Notes: generated from the sequence alone by a model not told the origin. A DNA stretch of 64,000 bases from a virus (IMGVR_UViG_3300028027_000047:32001-96000); one strand, 5' to 3'; positions 9,361 through 20,158 are shown, counted from the first letter of the stretch. Numbers and translations are program-made.

Positions 9361-10046
9361 TGGCACTAACCCTTCCGCTTGGATCCCTTATAACATTTGA
9401 AAACACATCGGTTACCCCTGTAGTCTGGCAGGCATTAAGCGAGCACAATAGGGCAAGTGCTACATTGGATATACAGAGAATTGAAAAAACCCAGAGAATG
9501 TCAAATGGAACATTAAGAAAGATATTTATTGCTGATAAAGACATGCTTTCAGTTAGTTGGGTAGGCTTGCCAACATATTCTTCTATGACTGTAGATGGAG
9601 CCTGGGGAGCTATGAACATTAAAGAGTTCTATGAGTCAGTTGCTGGTCAGGGTGCGTTTAATGTAAAAGTTTCTCCAAACGGAACCGCCTCAAGAGAAAA
9701 AACAATGATGATGTCATTCACATCTTGTAGTTTTACTGTTACAAAAAGAAATTTAAAAACGGGTGGAGTATTTAAAAATTCAAACATAACCGCTATATCG
9801 TATGCTGCTGGAGTAACAACATATACTGGTAGAAATAGTTTTGCAGTTGGAAATAAGATTAGCGTATCTGGAGCAACATTTGCAGCATATAACGGAGTAT
9901 TTACTATCACCGCAGCAACTCCAACATCATTTACTGTTGCAGGAACTATATCTGGAACACCTGCCTCATCAACGGCATCTGCTGTTACGGTTCTGCCAGA
10001 GGCGCAAGAATTCTGGGATGTATCTATAGCACTGGAAGAAGTTTAA
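9360..10046 (+). CDS. Distal tail (Dit-like) protein with an inserted beta-rich domain
   Basis: Directly follows the TMP (TAATG overlap). N-terminal RMSNGTLRK motif and C-terminal WDVSIALEEV, with a Thr/Gly-rich insert between them. Confidence 0.65.
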   Translation: MALTLPLGSLITFENTSVTPVVWQALSEHNRASATLDIQRIEKTQRMSNGTLRKIFIADKDMLSVSWVGLPTYSSMTVDGAWGAMNIKEFYESVAGQGAFNVKVSPNGTASREKTMMMSFTSCSFTVTKRNLKTGGVFKNSNITAISYAAGVTTYTGRNSFAVGNKISVSGATFAAYNGVFTITAATPTSFTVAGTISGTPASSTASAVTVLPEAQEFWDVSIALEEV

Positions 10047-13000
10047 TGATTACAGGATCACCAGGCTTACTTGGATATTTAAACACGTCACAGTCATTTA
10101 AAATGACTAATGGGTGCTTCGTAGAATATAACATGAATGATTTAATTGATGGCGTTACTATGCGTGGCCCAAATGGAACAGCCGCAAATCCTTCTGGTGA
10201 TCTTCAGGTAACAAAAACAGATGCTTATGGAAATACTTATAGACCATTTGAAAAGCTATTTCCAATAACCAGCATAATAGATCCAAGAAGACCAAAGCTG
10301 GCTGGCATTCAGTATATCATTGACGGAGACAGAAGCGTAAAGGCAAACTTAGAAAGTGGAATAGGGTCAAAGCAGTCATATGCATCGTCAAGTTCTTTTA
10401 ATAAAAGATTATACTTTTCAAGCATGCAGCTGCCATATAAATATTGGGTATCCCCATCTGTAGTGCTTAGCCCAACAGGAGATACATCTCTAACCAATTG
10501 CATATTAACTGTAGAGTACCCAATTTTAAAAACAGCGGCGGCTAATAAAATAGTTGTTAAGTTTGAAACATCACACTCAACTCCAACAGAATGGAACCTA
10601 AAAGCAACAACTAAGGACGGGGTCGAAACAACAATCTATAATGGAACATCTGCTGGGATTGTTAATGGTGTTATAAACATATACTATAACGGACTTCCAA
10701 CATGGACAACTGTTGAGGCAGATTTAGATACTCAAAAATCTATTGACATTCATAAATTAAAGCTAGAAGTAAAAAAGATAAGTGTTCCAATATCAACCAA
10801 ACCAGATACAAGCACTGCGCCTAAATTAGGATTTCTCGGAATGGTCGAGCTGTCAGCAAGATATGTTATTGATATAGGAGATAGGGTAGAGTCTTTTAAT
10901 ATATCAGCAAACTCATCTGACAAAGTTGACGGCATAGTCCCAGTCGGAGATGTAACAGCAAACTCAATGAGAATTTCAGTAAATGCATACGACAAAGGAT
11001 ATGAAAACTACGATAAGATAAATTCATTTAATAAAAATAAAATCAATTTATATAAAAATGTTATCCTTAAGCCATACGTAAGAGTTGATATGGAGATTGT
11101 AAAGCTTGGAACATTCTACATAGATTCTTATAGCGTTGATGAATTTGGCTTGGTAGACATAATGTCCTTGGACGGTGCTAGAGAACTTCAATACATAAAG
11201 CCACCAGACATAGTAACATCAGACATGTCTTCCGTTGCAATAATCAGAAGGCTCTTAGATTCAATTGGATTTACAAATTATCAATTTAATTTAGCCGATA
11301 GCGATACTTCTACTATAACTCCTTTCCACTGGTATACAGATAAAGAAAAAACTGTATGGCAGCACATACAAGATTTATGTAAAGACACACAAATGGTAGC
11401 AATATTTGATCACAATGACATCCTGCAGTTTTATCCTAGAGATAAGATATTCTCAAAAGATAATCCCATAAGAGCATCGTTTAGATATTCCCCAAAATAT
11501 TCTGGCTCCGTTACGAACCTAGCAAACATAGCTTCTTTATCTATTGACAACGTACCATCAGTAAAGGCGATTAAAATTTTATATAGCCCACAACTAAGCT
11601 CTTCTTATTTAGTAAACGCTGACAATCTTTATACTTCCCCAGTAGTAACACTGGGTGCGGCAGCATTGATGGACGAATTGCTTCCAGTAGCTCCAAAATG
11701 GAATGAAGATAAACCAGAGCTCTATGCAAAAGACGGTGTAATAAGATTACAGCCAGTAGTTATATCGGGACAAGAAAAACAATTCTATTCATTTACTGGA
11801 TACTTAGTTGTAGAAAAAGAAATTATTGAATACGATGCCATCCTGTATGAATACATACCAATTGGAGGAGAAGCCTCTGAATCTAAATGGATAACATCTG
11901 AAACCGATATTCAAAAATATCAAGGCTTGGCACAACCAAACACATTTAAGCCAACTGGCATATACAGAATAAAAGCTAGAAATGTTTTTGAAGTAGTAAA
12001 GCCTACAGACACAGCGTCATTAACCCATAACGTAGATACAGATTCACTTGCCAATGAATGGGAAGGTAGAAAGTGGACCTCAGCCGAAGGAACATTTAGC
12101 AATGTAGATCAATCTATTTTTAAATTAACAGAGACAGAAGTAAAAAGAGATGAAAAGGGCAACCCTATAAAAAATAAAGACAACCTTTTAAACTCTATAC
12201 CAAGATCAATGATGACAATCAATGCCCCACTGCACACAGAAAAAACAAATGAAGATCCATCCAAACCAAACATAATTGTACCAAACACAGTATACTCGCT
12301 AGTAACAACTAAAGAGGATGCAGAGTTTTTAGGAAATGTAACACCAACCAGCAATAACAGCTTTGCAATTGGAACTAATATGTATTTCCCGCTATTAGTT
12401 GATGAGGTATCTCAAAAGGCCACAGGAAATCAAAAAACAATATCTGGTATTGCATTTGCTTTAAGCCCAGACAATAAAAGTGGATATATGCTTACAATAG
12501 GAACTTCACAGAACGCAACAGTTGACAAAAACTATAGAGATGTTAATTTTTATAAAATAACTGCTGGCAAGCCTATCAAGATGACAACGTCTCAAAAAGA
12601 AACAGACGGCACAATTATAACCAACATTAATGGCGGAGAGCTTTATAGAATTGATATAAAGGCTAACTGGTCCATTCCAGCGAATGGAACAAAAAAAGCT
12701 TTAGCCCTTAAAATATCAATTAACAATGCTGTCATCGCAGTAATTGACACAGACCCAATAAATATAACAGAAAAAATTGGCCTGTTGTCTTTGCAAGGAG
12801 TGTCAGCATTTGACTATGTTTACACAACATCAATTTCAAAAGAAGAATTTCTTTCAAAAGATGAGTATAGTTTATACAAAGGATTTGTTGGTGGAACTTC
12901 CTCTGTAATAAAAACTTTTGGGGATTTCATATTCAATAAAGGTGAAACAACATCTACCGTTTCATGGCTAAAAGAATTTGGGCCAGTTGCAAGAGAACTA

Positions 13001-13564
13001 AGAAGAATTAAGGCAAGATACACAACGCCAGGATTTCCAAGATATACGAAGCTGGTAAATAATGAAGATGTAACGATTGTCGGGGCATCCCTTGATCCAT
13101 TTACCATGGATACGTTTGTATTAAATAACACTGGTGCGTTTACATCTCTTGCTAACGGAGAAGAAAAACAATTTATTGTTGTCGGGGACTTTATAACTCC
13201 TTCAGATCAGTTTGAATATATTAACCCAGACCTAACAGATGAGGATAAAAAGGAGCAGGTGGCGTTTGACTCTACTTGGATCCAGAGAGAGGACGAGGCA
13301 AAAGCCCTTGCAAAATGGATGACAGACCAATGGTCAAAACAGCAGAAAGTGTTATCTCTTCAAACTTTTATTAACCCTCTTTTGCAGGTCGGAGATGTTA
13401 TTGAGATATCGTATCCAGAGAATAAAATATATTCCACAGAAGATGTTGGTATACCTACAGGATATTCGGCTAGCAAATTTGTAATATTATCGTTAGACAA
13501 CACTTATGACTCTACTTCTGCACCAACCACAAGCATCGTCTGTAGATCGATTTATACTGGATGA
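10046..13564 (+). CDS. Large minor tail / tail hub protein
   Basis: 1172 aa after Dit. Hub-like segments LGTFYIDSY, VWQHIQDLCKD and NPLLQVGDVIEI. Confidence 0.65.
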   Translation: MITGSPGLLGYLNTSQSFKMTNGCFVEYNMNDLIDGVTMRGPNGTAANPSGDLQVTKTDAYGNTYRPFEKLFPITSIIDPRRPKLAGIQYIIDGDRSVKANLESGIGSKQSYASSSSFNKRLYFSSMQLPYKYWVSPSVVLSPTGDTSLTNCILTVEYPILKTAAANKIVVKFETSHSTPTEWNLKATTKDGVETTIYNGTSAGIVNGVINIYYNGLPTWTTVEADLDTQKSIDIHKLKLEVKKISVPISTKPDTSTAPKLGFLGMVELSARYVIDIGDRVESFNISANSSDKVDGIVPVGDVTANSMRISVNAYDKGYENYDKINSFNKNKINLYKNVILKPYVRVDMEIVKLGTFYIDSYSVDEFGLVDIMSLDGARELQYIKPPDIVTSDMSSVAIIRRLLDSIGFTNYQFNLADSDTSTITPFHWYTDKEKTVWQHIQDLCKDTQMVAIFDHNDILQFYPRDKIFSKDNPIRASFRYSPKYSGSVTNLANIASLSIDNVPSVKAIKILYSPQLSSSYLVNADNLYTSPVVTLGAAALMDELLPVAPKWNEDKPELYAKDGVIRLQPVVISGQEKQFYSFTGYLVVEKEIIEYDAILYEYIPIGGEASESKWITSETDIQKYQGLAQPNTFKPTGIYRIKARNVFEVVKPTDTASLTHNVDTDSLANEWEGRKWTSAEGTFSNVDQSIFKLTETEVKRDEKGNPIKNKDNLLNSIPRSMMTINAPLHTEKTNEDPSKPNIIVPNTVYSLVTTKEDAEFLGNVTPTSNNSFAIGTNMYFPLLVDEVSQKATGNQKTISGIAFALSPDNKSGYMLTIGTSQNATVDKNYRDVNFYKITAGKPIKMTTSQKETDGTIITNINGGELYRIDIKANWSIPANGTKKALALKISINNAVIAVIDTDPINITEKIGLLSLQGVSAFDYVYTTSISKEEFLSKDEYSLYKGFVGGTSSVIKTFGDFIFNKGETTSTVSWLKEFGPVARELRRIKARYTTPGFPRYTKLVNNEDVTIVGASLDPFTMDTFVLNNTGAFTSLANGEEKQFIVVGDFITPSDQFEYINPDLTDEDKKEQVAFDSTWIQREDEAKALAKWMTDQWSKQQKVLSLQTFINPLLQVGDVIEISYPENKIYSTEDVGIPTGYSASKFVILSLDNTYDSTSAPTTSIVCRSIYTG

Positions 13565-13581
13565 AATGGTAGAATGTAGAT

Positions 13582-13926
13582 ATGACTAATAGACAGCCCT
13601 CCTCAGCCTCGGCAAAGCCTCAAAAGCTTTTCCTTTTCCCAGGAGACCCATTAATTAAAACACTTAAGCCAGACTACTATGTTATAGTTGACCCATATTC
13701 TTTTGAGCAGGTTGTTGTGTCTGACGGAGAAGGCGGCGAGGGCGGGGAAGTTGTAGATCCACCACCGCTACCAAATGAATTTGAGCCACCTAACCTTGAA
13801 GACATTACCTTGGTAAGCAAAAAGCTTGTTACCGATAAAAATAAAAATCAGTATATTGAATTTGTTTTTAATGTTAAAAATCACGTAGGGGATTCAGTTG
13901 TGGGGGCAAATGTATATGGACAGTAA
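13582..13926 (+). CDS. Hypothetical tail-region protein
   Basis: ORF in the tail operon; leaderless start (TAGAAT-N6-ATG). Confidence 0.6.
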   Translation: MTNRQPSSASAKPQKLFLFPGDPLIKTLKPDYYVIVDPYSFEQVVVSDGEGGEGGEVVDPPPLPNEFEPPNLEDITLVSKKLVTDKNKNQYIEFVFNVKNHVGDSVVGANVYGQ

Positions 13927-14890
13927 TATTTACGGAGAATACGTATTCTATGAAGATGGAAAAGAGATCGCAAGGTCTAAAAATATTTTAACTAAGTTTG
14001 GTAAAAGATATATAACTGAATACTTAGCTGGCCAGGCGGTAACCACAGCAAAAGACATTGCTTTGGGAATTGGCTCGACACCAGCAACAGTAAATGACAC
14101 GCAGCTTAATTTTGAATTCTATAGATCACAAGTAAATATAACAAGCGTAGATATCCAAACAAGCCAAATAACTGGCCAAAGCACATATGGTGTTGTGTAT
14201 AAAACAACAATCCCAGTAGATGTATCTGGAATAATAAATGAGATTGGTTTATTCCCAAACATAACTCTTGGAACAACTGACTTTGCAAGCAGGTCCATAT
14301 CTTCATTTGAAGACAATCAGTCCTGGGTTGACAGTTCTGGAAATTACCCAAGTTTAGTTACCGTGTCATCCCCTAAAATAGGTCCGTACTATATGTCAAT
14401 GGGCGCTTCATCGTCACAGACAAAAGAGTATTTTTATGATTTTAATTTAGATATTTCTGGCTATAGCGCAAACGATAGCATGACTTTAGCATATTATCAA
14501 AGCGATTTAAATTTAGACTACATTTTTTTAAGAGCATATGATTCAAACAACAACTACTATGAAATTAGATATCCTGGCGAGACATCGACACAGTATACGG
14601 GAGATTCCGCAATAGGATATAAGGTTAAGCCATTAAAGCTAAGCAATCTGTACACTAGCGGTTTTACATCTGGCACACCAGACAAATCATCAATAGTTAA
14701 AATATCAATTGGAGTTAAGGCAAAAAGCTCTGGAGCAACAACAGTCTTGCTAGACGGACTTAGAATAAACGATGAAGATTCTTTTAGAACAGATTATGGA
14801 ATGATAAGTAGATCCGTACTTACTGATGTTATTACAAAAACTTTAGGCAAACAGATGGATATTGAATATAGGTTGGGCTTGGGCTTTTAA
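13916..14890 (+). CDS. Minor tail / baseplate-like protein
   Basis: KNILTKFG...IALGIG...INEIGLF...KTLGKQMDIEYRL pattern typical of tail-collar/fibre-attachment proteins. Start moved to ATG 13916. Confidence 0.55.
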   Translation: MDSNIYGEYVFYEDGKEIARSKNILTKFGKRYITEYLAGQAVTTAKDIALGIGSTPATVNDTQLNFEFYRSQVNITSVDIQTSQITGQSTYGVVYKTTIPVDVSGIINEIGLFPNITLGTTDFASRSISSFEDNQSWVDSSGNYPSLVTVSSPKIGPYYMSMGASSSQTKEYFYDFNLDISGYSANDSMTLAYYQSDLNLDYIFLRAYDSNNNYYEIRYPGETSTQYTGDSAIGYKVKPLKLSNLYTSGFTSGTPDKSSIVKISIGVKAKSSGATTVLLDGLRINDEDSFRTDYGMISRSVLTDVITKTLGKQMDIEYRLGLGF

Positions 14891-17800
14891 ATGGTATACA
14901 CAGGCCCAATGATGACTGACGGCGGCGGAATTCCAGCCGATCTCGAAAAAGACGCCGATGCCGCAGCAGAAGCAGCTGGCGCAACATCTGCAAACTCATA
15001 TACAAAAACAATAAGAATGGTGCCAGTAAAAGACAAAAATCATAACTATAGGTTTTTTTTCACCTATCTCTATGAAGATGAAGACACTAAATTAATAACT
15101 GAAAGTGAAAGGTCTCCTGCATATTTAGTAAAGCATATTATAGAAAACGAGACACTCCCAGTTAAAAATCTAACATTGACTTCAGGATTTAAATCCTATG
15201 GAGTTAAATTTGATTTAGATCCGCTTAGTGTACAAGAAGATGTAGTTATATTTGAAAGTCTTACAAGTGATTTTGCTGTCCAGAATATTGTTTATGTTGG
15301 AACTTCAACTAACGTTACCATACAAGCCTCTAGCTATGCCCCAAGATGGGTAAAGGTTAGATCAAGAGATAGGTGGGATGATCTAAATATATCAGAAGTA
15401 ACGGCGGGGCCTGTAGAGATTCTTAATTCTGAAATAGATACAACAAAAGTTCCAAAGGCACCTACAGGAGTTGCAGTAACTCCTTCAATTGATCCTGAAG
15501 ATAAAAGTGGGTTTAGTATAAAAATTGATGTGTCGTGGACAGCAAGTACAGACGCAGATACAAATGGCTATGTAATTAGATGGTCCCCTAATAATCCCGC
15601 AACCGTTACAAATCCATTATGGGAATATGGGCAGGTAGATGGAAAAGCAACAACAAAGTTTTCTATAACAGGGTTAACTCCAAACACAGTTTACTACTGG
15701 CAGGTTACAGCAAAAAGCCCGTTCAACAGCATATCTTGGAATACTGGAATATCTGGACAAGTAGCATCTGGAAGTTTTGGTCCAGTTTCAGACCCAAATG
15801 CACCAGCAGGAAATTTACAATTAAGATCTATATTATCTATTGGCGGGAAAACATCTGACCTATTTAAAATAGGAACTGGTATAGCTCAATCTATAAATAC
15901 ATCTACAACAATTACTCCAACACAAACAGCTGGTACATATAACGGAATTATATTAGACAGATCAACAACAAATTTTGGACACAACTACTGGCTAAACACT
16001 GGCCAATTTAGAGTTGGAAGCTCAAGCTCATTCCTGTACTGGGACGGGTCTGATATATATACAACTGGTAAAATAAACGCAACTGGTGGAACGTTTACTG
16101 GAAACGTCAGAGTAACTACAGGAAGCATAATTGCTGGTGGAACATTTGCAGCAGATGGATCTGTATCTGGAGCCAGAGTTGTTATGCAATCTGGCGGCTT
16201 ATATGCACATGATGCCGCAGGCGCACAAAGTGTTTTCATTCAATCGTCAGATGGACTAATTGATGCCCGCAAAGGGTACATAGGCGGATGGACTCTAAAT
16301 GCAACAGATAAAACAGTAGGGTACATTCAAAGTGCAAACACAAAAATTGAAAGTAATGGAACCATAACTTTAGGAGACATAACAGGAACACTCGGCTCTA
16401 TAGTTAGATTAAGCGCCACCGACGATTATAGATTATGGATTGGAAGCCAAACTTCTTCAAATGCAGCTTTTAAAGTTTCAAAAGATGGAACCTTATATGC
16501 AAGCAACGCTGTTATTTCATCGACTAGCGGCGGACTATATGACTCAATTGTTGCTGCACAAAATGCAGCAAATTCAGCAAACAGCACAGCAGGTTTAGCA
16601 AATACTACTGCGGGAAATGCATTAACAACTGCAAGTGGAAAAAATTCAATATTTAGATCTTCCTCTACTCCAAGTGCTTTAAAGGCTGGAGACATATGGA
16701 TTAATTTTAATGATGAAAATAAGCTGTATGTTGCAACAGCAGCAGGTACAGGTAGCTGGGTTTTATCTAGAGACACGTCAATTGCCGCAGCAGTAACTAA
16801 GGCAGATACGGCATATGACAAAGCAGTTGCAGCAGTAACCAAAGCAGAGGCTGCCGTCCCATATGGCAGTTTTAATAAATCAGCAATTCTTCAAGCTATT
16901 AATGAAAGCACAAATGGTGCTAATTTATTAGGAGGAGTTGTTGAGGCTGGAACTGTTGTTGCAGGTTCAGTAATTGCAGATTGGATTTATGCTGGATATA
17001 TTGATGCAGAAAAAATTAAAGTTGGAACTCTTACTGGACAGAGATTAAAAGCTGGATCAGATACCTATGCTACTGGATTCATTGACACTGGAGCAACTAA
17101 AACTATTAGTGGATACGGCACAGTTAATTATTTAAAGATTAAAGCAATTGGCCTAGAGTCAGTATCAAACTCAGGATTTGTTAGCAATGTTTATCCATGG
17201 TTAGATAACTCTGCAAACTTGGGATACAATAGCTTTAGCTGGGGGGCAATTTATATTGGGTCTAATGCTTATTTTGCTAATGGCACTACGTATAAGATTG
17301 GCTCTACGGGAGATGCTTATTTAAACGGTTATGGTGTTTCAGGAGGGTACGGAATTACATCTGACTGGTCTCCAAGAACAGATGGCACCGAATCGCTTGG
17401 AATATCTGGTCATAAGTGGAAAGATGTTTGGGCAGTGGACAGCACTATTAATACATCAGATATCAGGCTAAAAAAAGATATAACTAATTCAAGCTTAGGA
17501 TTAAACTTCATTAATTTACTAAGACCAGTATCCTATAAATGGAAAAAGACTGGCGTTAAAGAAGTTCTTATAGATAAAGAGATTGAGCACTTAGATCAGC
17601 AAGGCAATATTGATGTGATTGAAATTGAAAAAATTCCAAAGATAATCGGTGTTGATGAAAATGGTCAGGATATTATTGAAACAACATCAAGAGAAGGATC
17701 AAGAAATCACTATGGGTTTGTAGCCCAAGAGGTAAAAGAAGCCTTAGATCAAGTTGGCATTGGGGATAATTTTGCTGGCTGGATTATAGAAAACTTAGAG

Positions 17801-17926
17801 GACCCAGAGTCAACACAAAATCTAAGATATGCTGAATTTATATCTCCATTAGTTAAGGCTGTACAAGAACTATCGGATATGGTAGAATCATTACAACAAG
17901 AAATAAATACACTGAAAGGTATATAA
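14891..17926 (+). CDS. Tail fibre / receptor-binding protein with FN3 domain and C-terminal peptidase S74 intramolecular chaperone
   Basis: FN3 motif (VSWTAS...GYVIRW...ITGLTPNTVYYWQVTA). S74 signature TSDIRLKKDI...LRPVSYKW...HYGFVAQEV...LVKAVQEL. Confidence 0.85.
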   Translation: MVYTGPMMTDGGGIPADLEKDADAAAEAAGATSANSYTKTIRMVPVKDKNHNYRFFFTYLYEDEDTKLITESERSPAYLVKHIIENETLPVKNLTLTSGFKSYGVKFDLDPLSVQEDVVIFESLTSDFAVQNIVYVGTSTNVTIQASSYAPRWVKVRSRDRWDDLNISEVTAGPVEILNSEIDTTKVPKAPTGVAVTPSIDPEDKSGFSIKIDVSWTASTDADTNGYVIRWSPNNPATVTNPLWEYGQVDGKATTKFSITGLTPNTVYYWQVTAKSPFNSISWNTGISGQVASGSFGPVSDPNAPAGNLQLRSILSIGGKTSDLFKIGTGIAQSINTSTTITPTQTAGTYNGIILDRSTTNFGHNYWLNTGQFRVGSSSSFLYWDGSDIYTTGKINATGGTFTGNVRVTTGSIIAGGTFAADGSVSGARVVMQSGGLYAHDAAGAQSVFIQSSDGLIDARKGYIGGWTLNATDKTVGYIQSANTKIESNGTITLGDITGTLGSIVRLSATDDYRLWIGSQTSSNAAFKVSKDGTLYASNAVISSTSGGLYDSIVAAQNAANSANSTAGLANTTAGNALTTASGKNSIFRSSSTPSALKAGDIWINFNDENKLYVATAAGTGSWVLSRDTSIAAAVTKADTAYDKAVAAVTKAEAAVPYGSFNKSAILQAINESTNGANLLGGVVEAGTVVAGSVIADWIYAGYIDAEKIKVGTLTGQRLKAGSDTYATGFIDTGATKTISGYGTVNYLKIKAIGLESVSNSGFVSNVYPWLDNSANLGYNSFSWGAIYIGSNAYFANGTTYKIGSTGDAYLNGYGVSGGYGITSDWSPRTDGTESLGISGHKWKDVWAVDSTINTSDIRLKKDITNSSLGLNFINLLRPVSYKWKKTGVKEVLIDKEIEHLDQQGNIDVIEIEKIPKIIGVDENGQDIIETTSREGSRNHYGFVAQEVKEALDQVGIGDNFAGWIIENLEDPESTQNLRYAEFISPLVKAVQELSDMVESLQQEINTLKGI

Positions 17927-18084
17927 TGGATAAAGCAGAACTAGTAATACAAGCATTGCAGCAAAGAATTGGTGACCTAGTCTCACAATATGAGACACAT
18001 ATAGCAATTCTTCGTGCTGAGATAACACAACTATCTGATGCAAATAAGTCACAGGAAGTTCCAGCGGAACAGCCAAAGGAGTAA
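17926..18084 (+). CDS. Small coiled-coil protein (52 aa, not in ORF track)
   Basis: MDKAELVIQALQQRIGDLVSQYE...; TAATG coupling to the fibre gene. Confidence 0.7.
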   Translation: MDKAELVIQALQQRIGDLVSQYETHIAILRAEITQLSDANKSQEVPAEQPKE

Positions 18085-18087
18085 AGA

Positions 18088-18525
18088 ATGGCAATAAAAT
18101 CAAGAGCTATAACTCCTGGAGATCCAGTAACAGCAGAGATCATTAATAATCTTATTATAGATCTAGGAGCAATAGAAGCAAAAAGTACAGCCCAAAGCAT
18201 CATATTACAAAATGCTCAAGAAGAAGGAAAGAAAGATCAAGTTACAACCATGCTGTGGAATTCTGGCCCTGTTTCAGTCACTGTAGAATCAGGTACACCC
18301 AAACCAAAAGAATTTAAATTTGGCACACAAAAGTGGGCTTCAGCGCCAACAGTATGGGTTCAATTTTATATTGAGGGTATTAGCCAGCCAACATGGGCAC
18401 AGTCTCAAATATTTACACAGGTTTCCAAGGTAACAACCACCGCAGCATTTGTTTTATTTAGATCAGCAACTAAATCAAATATCAAAGTAGTTGTATTTGC
18501 TACTGGAACACCAGCATCCGCTTAA
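18088..18525 (+). CDS. Putative small tail protein
   Basis: Last gene of the tail operon, SD AAGGAG. N-terminal GDPVTAEIINNL followed by a beta-rich domain. Confidence 0.5.
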   Translation: MAIKSRAITPGDPVTAEIINNLIIDLGAIEAKSTAQSIILQNAQEEGKKDQVTTMLWNSGPVSVTVESGTPKPKEFKFGTQKWASAPTVWVQFYIEGISQPTWAQSQIFTQVSKVTTTAAFVLFRSATKSNIKVVVFATGTPASA

Positions 18526-18529
18526 CCTA

Positions 18530-18567
18530 TTGACAATCTTAACCAATATGTTACACTTACTGTAACA
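18530..18567 (+). promoter_or_regulatory. Sigma70-type promoter with an inverted repeat over the -10
   Basis: TTGACA-N16-TACACT with extended TG; TGTTACA-N5-TGTAACA at 18549-18567. Confidence 0.6.
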
Positions 18568-18569
18568 TC

Positions 18570-18594
18570 AAAGTCACGTACCCGTGACTTTTTT
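18570..18594 (+). terminator. Intrinsic terminator-like hairpin
   Basis: aaagtcacg-tacc-cgtgacttt followed by a T run. Confidence 0.7.
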
Positions 18595-18610
18595 CGTATG
18601 AAGGCAGATA

Positions 18611-19411
18611 ATGAGCAACGATTTAAAGTGGATGATTTCATCCGACCAGCAGTTTCCATATCAGGATGACAAGATGATTGCACTTTGGTTTAAAGTGATG
18701 AAGTGGTTTAAGCCAGATGTCGTTGACTACCTTGGAGATACAGATGATCAGGCATGCTATAGCAAGTACACAGAAGGAAGATCAGCAGAGTTTTTAAATC
18801 TTCACAAAACAGATAGCCGTGATCTTATTGTTCCAATGATGCGTCACGAAGCAAAGGGCGCAAGAGACTTTTATGCGAAGACAAGAGACATGCTCCCAGA
18901 AGCGCAGCTATTTTCAGCGCTTGGTAATCACGATGTTAGAATTTTTAATTATGTAGATGCAAAATTGCCAGACTATATAAACGAAGTAACTCCAGAAGCT
19001 TTATGGGGCCTTGACTCCTTGGGATACGAGTACATTCATTACAACGAATTGCCAAAACGACGCTTTGGAGATATTCACGTACACCACGGCCTTTCAATTG
19101 CAGCAACAGGCTCAGTCCGTAAAGATATGGAAGACCTACAGATATCATTAATTAGAGGACACTCACACAGAATTGCCTCACATTTAGTCACATACGAGTT
19201 AAGGAATAATGGCGAAGGAGAAACACTTCGTGGTTATGAGCTTGGCCATATGTGTGATGAAAAGGGTCCAGGGATGAAGTACATGCAGCACCATGACTGG
19301 CAAAAGGGATTTGCAATTGCTCACATCGTTAATGACTATCCACATATTCAGATGATTCACGTCGCTCCTGATTATTCATGTGTCGTTGACGGGAAGTTGT
19401 TTACTTTATAA
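18611..19411 (+). CDS. Calcineurin-like metallophosphoesterase
   Basis: SDQQ, LGDTDD, GNHD, HHG and GHSH motifs. Confidence 0.8.
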   Translation: MSNDLKWMISSDQQFPYQDDKMIALWFKVMKWFKPDVVDYLGDTDDQACYSKYTEGRSAEFLNLHKTDSRDLIVPMMRHEAKGARDFYAKTRDMLPEAQLFSALGNHDVRIFNYVDAKLPDYINEVTPEALWGLDSLGYEYIHYNELPKRRFGDIHVHHGLSIAATGSVRKDMEDLQISLIRGHSHRIASHLVTYELRNNGEGETLRGYELGHMCDEKGPGMKYMQHHDWQKGFAIAHIVNDYPHIQMIHVAPDYSCVVDGKLFTL

Positions 19412-19596
19412 TGTGGTGCGGAAAATGCAATGGACGAGTTTTTGTAGACAGAGTCTTCTCTCAAAAACTACATATGGAATTATTCTGTATCATGTGCGGC
19501 AAACGCTGGATGTGCAATAAAGAAACGAGTGCTTTCGGAAAATGGCTGGAATCAAAAGAGACGGCAAATCAAAAAGCTTACGGTATTTCTTCTTAA
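19411..19596 (+). CDS. Small zinc-ribbon protein
   Basis: CGKC...CIMCG. Confidence 0.7.
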   Translation: MWCGKCNGRVFVDRVFSQKLHMELFCIMCGKRWMCNKETSAFGKWLESKETANQKAYGISS

Positions 19597-20027
19597 ACGA
19601 TAAGATACATAAGGTTTTAAAAGCATCCAGATCAAAGGATGAGATGGTTGCCTGGTGTTATCCAGACAAGAAAAGAGTTATGTATTCGTATTCTCAGGTT
19701 AAAAAGAATATGGAAACCGCTTACACTGTTGTAGAAGTTGCCTCTATGCTTAATAAGCATAGGGTAACTATACAAGAATATATATTGAATGAGAAGGTTG
19801 CTACCCCTCAAAAGATATATCCAATCGGACAGCCAGATAGCGAAAATTGGTCTCAGTATATGTTTAATCAAAAGAACATATTAGATATACACCAACATAT
19901 ATTAGACTCAGGGCACTCAAAAGAAGTTCCTTCAAAGGCAGAGGTCCAGGCCCTTCTCAAAAACAACTTAGTATTGTATACTAAGACAGAAGACGGAAAG
20001 TTTGTTCCAGTATGGAAGGCGGAGTAA
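19542..20027 (+). CDS. Putative HTH DNA-binding protein
   Basis: YTVVEVASMLNKHRVTIQEY, an excisionase/MerR-like HTH. Confidence 0.6.
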   Translation: MAGIKRDGKSKSLRYFFLNDKIHKVLKASRSKDEMVAWCYPDKKRVMYSYSQVKKNMETAYTVVEVASMLNKHRVTIQEYILNEKVATPQKIYPIGQPDSENWSQYMFNQKNILDIHQHILDSGHSKEVPSKAEVQALLKNNLVLYTKTEDGKFVPVWKAE

Positions 20028-20158
20028 TGGCTGAAATGGCACGGTACACACTAGAGACAGGCGCTGCAAAAAAACGCAAGCGTGAAGCAGAAGTTGAATA
20101 TTGGAATTCTAAGAACGGCCCTGTGATAGTAAAAAAGGTAGAAGATGGAAAAAAGTAG
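20027..20158 (+). CDS. Small basic protein (43 aa, not in track)
   Basis: MAEMARYTLETG...; TAATG coupling. Confidence 0.5.
   Translation: MAEMARYTLETGAAKKRKREAEVEYWNSKNGPVIVKKVEDGKK

Noticed and set aside
14891-17926. Diversity-generating retroelement acting on the tail fibre
   Set aside because: No reverse transcriptase and no template/variable repeat pair noticed in this window
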